Positions 16,121 to 27,085 of a stretch of 64,000 nt of DNA are shown piece after piece. The stretch lies in contig OZ316891.1 in NCBI GenBank assembly GCA_973895155.1, positions 18,149,702-18,213,701 of the forward strand, written 5' to 3'. Under the pieces are notes generated by a model. It saw nothing but the letters and a program-made list of their open reading frames with translations, did not search any database and was not told the origin of the DNA. Each line of letters begins with the position of its first letter. The first letter of the stretch is position 1. Origin of the DNA: Marsupella aquatica (lineage: Eukaryota; Plantae; Marchantiophyta). A program made the translations under genes and the position numbers.

Positions 16121-19100
16121 ATGGCTAAAAACACTCGTGCAAAGAGTGGCAAGCAGGCCCCCCCCCCACCAAGGGGAGAGCCCAAGTTCAAGATGAACAG
16201 AAGGAGGATGGGTCGACTTCCCTAGACGAACGTTACAATCAGGATTCATGAAGAAGACGCAACGGCCGAACCGTCGACCGCTGCGGCAAACAAATCAAGT
16301 GTAGAGCGCCGTCATCTTAAAGGGAAGGAGGCGGCTGATCCTTCAGAGGATGGGTCGGATGACGATGACTCCGACGCAACTGCAAGCGACGACGACGCTG
16401 AAGCTGAGACAGAGGAAGAGGGTCAGGACCCGGAAGAGGAACTGATCCCAGCCTTGAGAGGGTTGAATGTGGAACCAGAGGATGATGCCAAGCCAGACAT
16501 CATTGTGGATAATTGACCAAGCAGAACCAGGATGATGCGGGTGATACCTCAGTCCCGGGAGGTCATGGTGCTCGCAAGACGCGGGGGGTATCACCAAAAT
16601 CCACAAGAGAACCTAAGGACAGGCGGCCAGCAAAGGAAAGACGGTTGGAGGACCGTCCTCATACAACCCGCAAGGGCCCAGCCGCTGACGACGGTCTGGG
16701 TCCGTTGACCCGAGACCAACGACTCATCTATGAGCAGTTGGAGCACAACAAGGGGGCCCAGATTAAGTACTTACTTAGTCTGGGTAGTCAGAGTGCGTCG
16801 CGTCCTGAGGGGGGAATGGTAGTTGGACGGAGTATGTTCCAAGTGAACCAGCTACCGACTCCTCCAATTTACGACGGGGCCTACGAGCAAAGTGGACAAA
16901 AGTTCCTGAGTTGGCTCTCCACGATGGAGATTCACCTCCAAGCGTGCGTTCAGCGCTCCACTTGGGCTACCGCAGCCGCTCCTTACCTGAAGAACTATGC
17001 CTTGACTTGGTACAAGTCATGGAAGAAGTCGCGAGAGGACTCCTCCTTGCCGTTAACTTGGGAAAACCTGGTTGAGGGTCTCCATGCTCATGTCACCACT
17101 AAGTACCCGGAGCGGCATGCTCAGAAATGTGTAACGGAGATGAGTTTCAGGGGTGATATCCAAAAGTTCATCACTTATTACCAGAATCAGTTGGCATGTA
17201 TCCCGACGGGACAAGAGACCCTACATACACAGCTTCACAACTTTATCGTGAAGCTCCCGTCGTTGCTCAGGGAAAAGTTGCAGGAAAAGCGTCATGAGTT
17301 TAAAACGCTTTTTGACGCCTTCGACAAGGCCACTACGTTGGTGAATAACCGACCGGACTTGGCGAAGGTGGGTGGCAAGGGATCCGAAGGGGAAGCTGGG
17401 AAAGCAAAAGGTCCCGGGAATAAGCGGAAGCAACCTGAGGGGGCAGGGGCCGGTGCTTCGGATCCCCAGCCCCAAAATGGAGAAGCTAAGCGAAACCGGA
17501 AGGCCAACAACTTTAAGAAAGGAGCCTCATCGGCACAGAAAGCAAAGAAGCAGGCGACCATGGAGCAAAGGCAAGCTGGAGGTTCGTGCTTCACATGTGG
17601 CGCCATGGGCCATCAAAGTAAGGATTGTTCCACGAAAGGTGGCAAGCCAAACGGAGATGGTGGAGGGCAGAAGAGCATTAAGGTAAGTATCGCTCTAACC
17701 AAACCCTTAGTAGCTGACAAGGTCCCTGTAGGGGATGTCCCTGACGGAGAGAGGGTGTTGTTGCGAGAGAAGATACCTAAAGTTAAGACAATGGATCCTG
17801 AAAAACTGATTTTTCTGAATGTCACTTCTAACGATAATTTGGGTATTGCCTTGGTGGATACAGGTGCGACCGCCTGCTTCATAAGTGGGCAGGCGGCAGC
17901 TCGTCTTGGGGTGGACGTGCAAGAGTTGTTACAACCGTTAGTGTGCAAGTTTGCCAATGACACGAAGGGGATAGTGTCGAGAGTAGTGCGTAGACTTTGG
18001 GTAGAGGTCATAGGCAAACAACAAAATTTTGTTAGTCAGGAGATGTTCTACGTTCTAGACGGTCTAGCCATAGACTTCATTTTGTTGGTAGGTTATCTCA
18101 GAAAGCACAATGTTACCTTGAAACCGGGGGGTGAGGTGCTCCATTTTCCCAATAAGGGTGGTGAGCCCATCGTTGTACACGAAATTACCGAAAATAAAGA
18201 AAGATTTCTTAAAGTAAGTAAAGTGTCGTGGATGTCTCCGTGTGTATCGGCGAAGCAATGGTGGAAAGACTTCAAGGGTGGACATGAATGTTTCTTCTTT
18301 AGTCTCCACCCAACTAAGGAGGCTGCGTCGCAGCCAAAGGTCAAGTCAGCTAAGGTCGGGCCCGACTGCAGTCGAATTCCTGAAATTTTAGAGGAATTCA
18401 ACGACATGCTCTCGCAGAAGCTACCTAAAGGTTTACCCCCGCGGAGAGAAGTGGATCACCAAGTTGAGTTGGGGCCGGGATCGGCTCCTCAGGCTAAAGC
18501 TCCTTATCGTCTGAACCTGAACGAGCGAATGATGTTGAAGAACGCCTTGGAAGAGTTGATCGACCAAGGGTTCATTCACCCTAGTAAGAGTCCTTACGGG
18601 GCGCCCGCACTGTTTGTGTCCAAAAAGGATGGTACTTTGAGATTGTGCGCAGATTATCGGGCCCTCAATAAGCAGACGGTAAAGAACAAGTACCCGTTAC
18701 CTCATATGGATGACCTCTTTGATTGCCTCTCCGGGGCTAAGAAGTTTTCAAAGGTGGACTTGCGGTCCGGGTATTACCAGATCTGCATGGCTAAGGGAGA
18801 CGAGTATAAGACCGCGATGCGCACAAGGTTCGGATCCTATGAGTTTTTGGTTATGTTGTTCGGGTTGTGTAATGCAACCGCAACGTTCATGAAGATGATG
18901 AATACCATCTTTCATGACTTGTTGGACCAAGGAGTGGTCGTCTTTATTGACGACATCCTAATCTACTCAAAAACATTGGAGGAGCATGAGCAGTTGCTTA
19001 GAGAAGTGTTCTCTCGCCTTCGTAAGGCTCGTCTCTTTGCTAAACCTAGCAAGTGCGAGTTTGCGATGAACAAGATTCAGTTCCTCGGCCATACCTTTAC

Positions 19101-21250
19101 CTCGGAAGGGATTACGCCTAGTCAGGACAAGCTTAAGGAGATCAAAGAATGGGAGCGCCCGTCCAATGTAAGGCAAGTTAGAGCCTTCTTAGGATTTACG
19201 GGGTTCTATCGAAGATACATGAAAGGCTATGCAAGGATCGCGAGGCCCCTAAATGCGCTAACGTTGAAAAACAAAGTGTTTGTGTGGACACAGGATTGCG
19301 AGTTAGCATTCCTAGAACTTAAGCGGTTAATGATAACGCCGCCGGTTCAAAAGTTACCTGAGATGGGGAAGCCATTCGAGATTTGGACCGACGCAAGTGA
19401 TTATGCCATTGGCGCCTGTCTCCACCAAGATGGGCGCCCTATGGCCTTCGAGTCATGTAAGTTGGAAAATCACTGGATCACGCCGGAAAGGGAAATGTAT
19501 GTTGTGATCTATGCGTTGAAGAAGTGGGAGATTTACCTTAAGAACGGTCCCAAAGTGGTAATCCACACAGATAGCTCGCCGGCCGGGTACTTCAGTTCTA
19601 AGCCAAGGCTGAACCCCAAGGAAATGCGCTGGCAGATGTTCTTGGCGGATTTCAATTTCGAAGTCCGCCACGTTCCAGGGAAGACAAACACGGCAACCGA
19701 CGTGTTATCGCGTAAGGACCAACATCGTGTCAATGGGATCATGATGCTCGACTCCGAGTGGCCAAAGGTTCTGGCCGCGGCATATGGGGATGACAGGTTA
19801 GCTAAGGATTGGCAAAGCAATGGGGGTAGCCGGGGCAAGGTAAGGCACGTATCGTTGGGGTTGGATACGACGCATAATGTCTAGTTATGGCGATACAAGC
19901 ATAGGCGTGCGTACATACCAGAGTCTCTAAGGTTAGAGGTTCTGCAAAAGTACCATGACTCGCCCTGGGGAGGGCACGGAGGACAAGCCGCTATGTATCG
20001 CAGCATGTCACGAGATGTGTATTGGCCGGACATGAAGCATTTGGTCCTTCAACATGTACAAAGTTGTTACTCGTGCCAAAAGAACCGAACGATCTATAGA
20101 GCAAAAGGAGGACTACCTACAACCCTTACTAGTAGCTGCGGCTCCATGGGAGTCTATCTCCATGGACTTCATTGTTGGATTACCTTAGTCCCACGGCAGT
20201 AACTCCATCTTAACAATCGTGGATCGTTTTTCCAAGATGGCCTATTTCTTGCCTACTACGAAGATGGTTTTGGCCCGAGAGGTTGCCGGTCTAGTATTTG
20301 ACAATGTCTTCCGACAATGGGGATTGCCGTTGCATATCCTGTCCGATCGCGATACCAAGTTCACGGGCCATTTCTGGAAGGCATTGTTCCGGTTATCCGG
20401 AACAGACCTGACCAGGGGATCAGCGTATCACCACGAAATAGATGGCCAAACGGAACGGGTTAATGGTATCGTGGAGGACTACTTGCATCACTTTGTGACA
20501 GCCAATCAGAAAGATTGGGCAAAGCATTTAACAATGGCCGAGTTTAGGTATAACTCAACCAAGCATTCGGCGACGGGGTTTGCGCCGTTTGTGTTGGCCA
20601 CAGGGAGGACGCCAAGGGCGCCCTCCTGGTTTATAAATCCGAAAGCTTGGCGGACAGAAAGCAAGGTTCCTTCTGTGGACGATTTTATTCGAGAGCGGCG
20701 CCTAGTTGTGGAAGCGGCTACCAAGGGTATGACCCTTGCCCAAAGTCGGTACAAGGAGCAAGGGGATAAGCATCGATGCCAAGTAAGCTTTGAAATTGGG
20801 GAGAGCGTTTGGTTGCAGTTGAGACCTGAGCAATACCATGGGAACATAAGTAGGAAGCTGGCTCCCAGATATGCGGGCCCCTATCGCATTATACGATGGA
20901 CCCACAAGGATAATCCGGTTTTGGTGGTGTTGGAGACACCCAAGGATATGGGTGTGGGCAAAAGCTACCATGTTAGCCGGCTCAAGAAGTTTGTCAAAGA
21001 CAATGATCCCAACCTGGATCAGATCTTGCGTCCGGACGCCATGCTGGTGGAGGACGCTGAGGAGTTTGAGGTGGAGGCATTTATGGACCACCGTTACAAA
21101 CGCAAGTTGGGAAGGCAAATCTTAGAGTATTTGGTGAAGTGGGCTGGCTATGATCAGACTGAGAGTACTTGGGAACCGGAGGAAAATTTGGGTAATGCCT
21201 CAGAGATACTTGGAAGCTATCGTAAGCGAAGCGGCCTACCGCCGTTGTAA
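16121..21250 (+). pseudogene. Disrupted single-frame gag-pol polyprotein (Gag with CCHC knuckle, aspartic protease, RT, RNase H, integrase, chromodomain)
   Basis: Motifs: CFTCGAMGHQSKDC; LVDTGAT; RT FIDDILIYS; RNase H TDASDYAIG; IN HDSPWGGH...CYSC, SMDF, SDRD, GQTER, GPY; chromodomain FEVE...YLVKWAGY...TWEPEENL. Lesions: TAG 16223, frameshift ~16512, TAG 19882, +1 frameshift ~20116, TAG 20186. The longest open piece is 16513-19884. Confidence 0.93.
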
Positions 21251-21675
21251 ACTGGTACAGGCAGCTGTAGTTACCTTTGTGAGTTGTATCCTAGTTTCAC
21301 TCCTCTCGGCCTCTTAAGGATAAAGTCGGATTGCGTTGGGGCTAGAGGTTGTTGGGCGGCAAATTTGCTTTTTGCGAGTGGAAGTTAATGGTGCCCGCTC
21401 TACATTTGTGGGCGGGCTAGTTCGAACCAATGGGGAGCGCCCCAAGGGGAGGACAATGGGTCCAACAAGTTCGGAGTTAGCTTATCCATTTGGACTGGCA
21501 TCCTACTTGGATAAGTGGGATAGGTTGGAATTTCCTAAGTCTGGAATGCGCATACCAACCTGGTTTGCATCAGCCTTATGGGCAAACCATTTGTTACCTC
21601 ATAAACTTTTTAAGGCCCAAAGTGGTCTAGGCGTGTTGGAACGTTTACTGAGGTCACGCGGACGTGACCATTTTT

Positions 21676-21686
21676 AAGGGGGGGTG
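21676..21686 (+). promoter_or_regulatory. Polypurine tract of the retrotransposon
   Basis: AAGGGGGGG(TG), preceded by a T5 run, just upstream of the 3' LTR. Confidence 0.88.
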
Positions 21687-21688
21687 CA

Positions 21689-23235
21689 AGTCGCGGAACT
21701 CGACTACCTTAACAGTCGCGGAACTCGACTACCTTAACACTAGTCACGGAACTTGACTACCTTAACACTTCGCTCCGACGTCGCTGGCTCCAACGCCGAG
21801 CTCCCTTATGGTCCAGGCCCGGATAGGCCATCCGGGGAGGACTTAGCATGGGGAGACTTGTGGGCAATGAGATGTGGCACTAGCGAGGCAAGGGGCCAAG
21901 TTGGGGACACTCACTAAGGACTGGGACTAGCCTATGGCTAGTTGGGTCAAGGGGAAATGGGCCGGGCTCAAGGATGGCCATCCGGACCATCGGATGGGCT
22001 TTGAGTTCTGAGGGCTTGGGAGTGAGCTTCTCTTGGGCCCAAGGCCAATGGAATTGATGCCATTGGCAACGGACGCTTGGGGCGCAAGTTGTGGCCCGAG
22101 CCGGGTTGGGCCGGTTGGGGGCCCCGAGCAGCGATCAGACCTGAGGGCCTAGGCATGAGCACTGGGTCGGCCCGGTCACAACGGGCTAAGGCACTCCTCT
22201 TGCAGATGCCTATCAAGAAAGTTATGGGCGTTGCCAGTTGGTGGCGCGCCCATTATGCGCGATGGGATCCGGGTTGGGGGCCAAATGTTTCGGGACCAAA
22301 GCTGGTCCGGGGGTGACAGGTCTCCAGAAGCATATATGAGGGGAGTGGTGTCTCCCTGGGGGCTAAGGGCGAGCCGAAGTCGTGAGCCGCGGCGGTCGCG
22401 ACACTAAGGGAAACTGTCAAACGGAAATGGCGATATCTTCCCAATGGGAAGTCCGTTGGAGGAATTCTTATGTGCGTTGGAAAGCTCTTGAGGAGGGCTA
22501 TGCCCTACTGATCTCAGCTGGGTCTGGGGATGCCATGGGTTCTCGTGGTTTGCGGGTGTTAGCTCGCCCGTTAGCCAAATCCTGCCGAACAGCAGCCAAC
22601 CCGCGTTCAGCCTCCCAAGGGAGCTTGCGTAGGAGAGGCAAGGCCAAGTAGGTATGGAGGCTGAGTCCCAAGGGCGCTCGGCCCCTAGACCATCAGTGGA
22701 GCAAACCGGGAGTCGGTGTTGGAGTCGGGGCCGTTCTGGTCCCGGCGTGTTGGGACAAGCTTGGGATAAGCTTTAGGACAAGCTATGCTAATTGGGCCAT
22801 GAGCATGTCATGAGGTCAGGGCGGTCATTTGGTGATGGATAGGTACGAGGGGGAACCCGGGACGCGCCCAAGGAAGGAGCTGTCCTGGACGGACAGTGGG
22901 CGTGGGTTCTGGTTCCGGCTTATGGCATCGGGAGGACCTATCGCTGACCTATTTACCAACGTCTATTGAGCTTGAGTTAGGATGCTAGGCTTGGCAAGTT
23001 CCAGATCCGGCAGGGTTACTTACCGAGGTGCTTGGTTGTTTGTGCAGACATTGAGGACCGTTGAGTAGCGGTCGTGTAGGTGAGCAAGTGCGGCTTCGTA
23101 TGGGAGTGGCCGCTGGGGGTGCTAGAGGCACTGGGATGCTTGCTCGAGGTATTTCGTGGAGGCGTTCGGTCACCAAGGGCACTTATGCACAAGTGTTGGG
23201 ATTGGTGAGGGCGCTGGGTGGCTAGGTCCACCACT
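21689..23235 (+). repeat. 3' LTR (1547 bp), termini AGT...ACT
   Basis: Follows PPT AAGGGGGGG-TGCA. Ends ...GGTCCACCACT, immediately followed by TSD CTCTG. Confidence 0.93.
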
Positions 23236-23601
23236 CTCTGCAAAGTTCATTATGGATATAATCGCCAAGTCATAATCCTTAGTTCAAAATACACCAAAGT
23301 TGCCCATGCAGGTTTTGCACTTAGCCACCCCGGGGAATTTTTTAAAGAGTGTGCTGGGTATCAGGGCACATAGTGAGGTGTTGAGCATAGACAACATGCA
23401 CAACGGTAAGCACATGACACATCCAATGCACAAGTGGTTGACATAAGAAATACATGGTTCACCTCCTTAAGGCTATGTTCATGGGAACACACAAGAGAGT
23501 TTTACTGAACTGTAAGTCCATCGTCCATACCAAGTTTGCACAATGTAAACTCTCCAATGAGCCTTAGTTCCACTTATCTGAGCAAACATCACTTAGAATA
23601 T

Positions 23602-25667
23602 GGTGTGCAACATAGTTAACCTAACCGAGAACCTAACCACATCTCTGACTACAATTAGCCTAACTAAGGTTACATGTTGTAACCCTAGACATAAATGTAA
23701 ATACCTAACATGACGGCAGTGGCAAGAAAAGAGTTTTCCTCCCCCTATAGTTGTAGATAAGTGGGGGTCTAGGACTCTGGTGGCAGAATGCAAATTAACA
23801 CCCAAGCTTTGAAAGACTAAGGCCATTCTTCGGTAAATAATCTTCCTGAACATTATAAATGCCTTTGGGATCCTGTTTTTCCTGCCACCCCCGGACCACA
23901 TTTAACACTCAAACTTTGGCCCCCAACCCAAATAGTACTCGGTGCATGTCATGAGTGTAGCGGGAGTCAGGTGTCGACTGAGGTGCGTAGCTTGTAAGCC
24001 ACAGGGCCAGGAAGACCAATTGCAGTTGTGGGATGTCAGCGTTGTGGCAGTCCAGGCGCACACGGAACCGCACGGCCGCAGCAGGAGGACTGACACTTGT
24101 TGACCGTCCTCCGGGGGCGCACGACGGCAGCCAGGGCGAGCAAGGGAGCTCATTCATTGCATGGGCAGTTGTCAGCCAGCAAGCGCTCGCCCCTGGCCGA
24201 CAGCCCATGGTCCAGGCGCGGCAGCAACCTCCGCCGCAACCTAGACAGCCACGGGCGAGGCAGAATTCCCGTGGTCCAGGCGCGCCGGGCAAGTGAGGAC
24301 AGGGGAGGTGAGCAAGGGCGAGCAGAAAGCCACGGCCACCCAGGGCAAGCCACGGGTAAGTAAGGAGGGGCGAGGCAGGGCGGCCTCGGTCCGGGCGTGC
24401 TGCACGAGGCAGCCAGGGGCAACCGAGGGCTGAGTGAGGAGGGGCGACGGATGGCCGTGGCAGGGCCACCTCGGTCCAGGTGCGCTTGGCGAGTGAGGAC
24501 CATGGCAGGCGACAGGATTCAGGCGCGCACAGGGGAGGGAAGGAAGGCAAGTAGCGAGCCACGGGCGAGTAAGGAGTGGCAGGCGAGGGCTGTGGCAGGG
24601 CTATTGCAGTCCAGGCACGGTGTGGAGGGCGGAGGGGCCACACGGAGGCGGTCCAGGCGCGGGGTGCGGCGGGTCGTGGGAGGGATGGCAGAGGGCTGAG
24701 GGCGGCTGCGGGGTGTGGAGAGGCAGTCCAGGCGCGGCCTGCAGTGGGGTGCGGTGGGGGTCGCGATGGGGCGAGGGCAGAGGGCTGAGGGGTTTGCCGG
24801 GGCTGGGGCTGGCAGGCACCACGGAGGGAGGCAGAGGATGGGAGAGTAAGTCGGTCCAGGTGCGGGGTGCGCCGCGGCCTGCATAGGCTTGAGTGAGTGG
24901 GGCGGTGGGGTCGCAACGGGGTGAGGGCAGAGGGCTTGCCGGGGCTCAGGGCGCGGGGTCCAGGCGCGGCCTGCGGCGGGGTGCGGTGGGGTCACAATGG
25001 GGCGAGGGCTGAGGTCTTGCCGGGGCCGAGGCTGGTAGGCGCCACGGAGGGAGGGCGGAGGACGGGGGTATAAGGGCAGTCCAGGCGCGGGGTGAGGGCA
25101 GAGGGCTTGCTGGTGCCAGGGTTGGTGGGTGCCACAGAGGGAGGGCAGAGGACGGGGGCGTAAGGTTGATCCAGGCGCGGGGTGCGGCGCATTGGGGCAT
25201 GGCCTGCCTGCGCAGGCGTGAGTGAGGGCCATGGCAGGGATGGCCGTGGGATGGCCCGTGGTCGGGGAGCAAGGGATGGCCGTGGCAAGGCCCAGGGCAA
25301 GGCAGGGGCTGGCAGCCGGCAGGGCCCTCAGTCCAGGCGCGCCAAGGGATGGCCGTGGCAGGGCCCAGGGCAAGCAAGCAGGCAAGCAGGGCTGGAGCCG
25401 ACAGCGATGGAGGGCCTGGGGCAAGCGAGGGGGCAGGGGCTGGCAGCTGCCCACGATGAAGGGCAAGCGGATGCAGGGGCGAGGCAGGCAGGGCGGCGGC
25501 AAGGGCATCGCGAGGGGTGATGTACCTTGCTCGGAAGGCAAGGCCAGGGCACACAAATGAACTAACGAACGGCCCTAAAAAAATGCCAAAGAATCCAACG
25601 GCGGTGGATCCTTCCCGCCCATATGTCATTTCATAAACGAACGAAGATTAGAAAAGGGCGGCATACC
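23602..25667. mobile_element. Putative non-autonomous DNA transposon with a GC-rich, G-skewed repetitive core (~24040-25550)
   Basis: Inverted ends: TAGAATAT-GGTGTGC (23594-23608) and GCATACC-ATATTATA (25661-25675). There are 12 or more copies of GTCCAGGCGCG-like words in the core and AACCTAACC repeats near the left end. The repeat core is certain but the boundaries are tentative. Confidence 0.55.
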
Positions 25668-26534
25668 ATATTATAGTGTTAGATTGGGAAGTGCACACTC
25701 TTAAGTAGAAACCTCCGGTGTGCACTTAATGGGGCTTTGCAATATGTCATAAGTTCATAAAGTTGGAATTGCATAATCCAGTGCAATGGGCCCTCTGTTA
25801 GTTGACACTCTCTTCATTTCTCTCCTAAATTGTACATCTCTTCGCTAAACCATGCAGATTAATGAACGAATTCAAGCCAGTGTTGACAGACTGATCTCCC
25901 GCCTCCCGGCTTATCTCAGGATTTGCACTTATTGGCTGAACTGAAAGTGGTGGGGGGAAAATGCCTCCAAATCGTTTTTTTACTCATACGATTTCTCCAC
26001 ATACTATTCTGCAAAATGCATTGTACAATATTGAAGAGAGGGCATTTATAACAGTTTAGCTTTTGTGACCAAACCTCTTTCATCACGGGCTATAATTGGA
26101 AGCGGAAAGAACTACTAAGGGCCTACCTATGCACCCTTTTGAACTTTATGTTTGTAGTTTAGTGCAGACCTCTTTGCACTTACAACAACTGCCACATTGG
26201 AGTAACAAGGGAAGAACGAGAAACCTTGCCATTATCCATGGTTGCACTTATGAAGTGTGAATTTAGATGGAGGTCGCTGAATATAAAAGCATTGACCTCG
26301 ACCAGGACCTGACTCCCAATCCAATGGTCGCCTGGTCAGCTAAGACTTCTGCTGGTCATACGGTAGCATGCTTATTTAATTTCTGCATGTGTAGTGTATT
26401 GGTTTTGCCTCGAAAGGCGCACCCATGCAGCTGGAGACCCCAGTCAGATCGATCCACGTTCAACGCGGCTTGAGCAACGTTGAAAGTTGACGCAACAATA
26501 TAATTTTCATCAGCTGGCTCACAAAGGATCCGAG

Positions 26535-27085
26535 GCAGCCACATTTTCAAGGTTTTTTATCAAGTTTTCCAAGTGTGGCGAATGTCCTTGTGAAAGAGAA
26601 GATTCTACGAAGATCACTGGATGAAAGTTTCCTGGATCAGATCTTACAAGATTTAAAAGTGGACCGTTTGTTTCTGGCTAATAGAAGGTAGAAAACCTAG
26701 AGGTTTTTAGCCAAAAGTGTAAAATACTTCTTAGAGACAGGTGTAATCATTTACACTCAAATAATGCTCATCCTCAGCTGGCCTCACTTCTACCATAGGG
26801 ACCAGCTTAAATTTTTGAGGTTTTTTCATTTTCATCAAGGCGGTGAATGTCACCTTGCCTGAAGGAGAATGTCAAGAATTTTATCATTTAAGTTTCCTAG
26901 ATGAATTTCTGTCTGTTAGATCTCTCTAGAATTTAAAAAAACTGTCAGAATTCTGGCTGACGGCGTTTATGGCTAGGTGGGACACTGGAAGGAAAAATGC
27001 CAATTATTTTGTAAAAGTGGGGTAAAGAGTTTTGAGAGAGATGGAATCCAACAAATTCTAGCCAAATTAAACAACAGCTGTCAAT
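26535..27085 (+). repeat. Unclassified dispersed repeat family, two tandem copies (~270-bp period)
   Basis: GTGGCGAATGTCCTTGTGAAAGAG (26575) and GGTGAATGTCACCTTG (26842); ATTTCTGTCTGTTAGATCTCTCTAGA (26905); TGGCTAGGTGGGACACTGG. Confidence 0.6.

Larger units (their letters stand above)
14450..23235 (+). mobile_element. Full-length Ty3/gypsy LTR retrotransposon, chromovirus, coding region disrupted
   Basis: Two ~1.5-kb direct LTRs and a perfect TSD CTCTG (14445-14449 and 23236-23240). PBS TGGTATCAGAGC at 15979-15990 and PPT at 21676-21684. Domain order is gag-PR-RT-RH-IN-chromodomain. Confidence 0.97.

Noticed and set aside
14448-23233. Canonical TG...CA reading of the LTR element (TG at 14448, CA at 23233)
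   Set aside because: The flanks would be AACTC and CTCTC (no TSD). The 3' LTR has CA, not TG, at the equivalent position, and LTR identity extends 2 nt past the CA.
23617-23710. AACCTAACC words as interstitial telomere repeat
   Set aside because: They are not the plant TTTAGGG/CCCTAAA unit and are not arranged in tandem.
23902-25629. Long ORFs (335, 345 and 227 aa) in the GC-rich block
   Set aside because: They are Pro/Ala/Arg-rich translations of repeats, open in several frames because high GC removes stops, and show no domain motifs.
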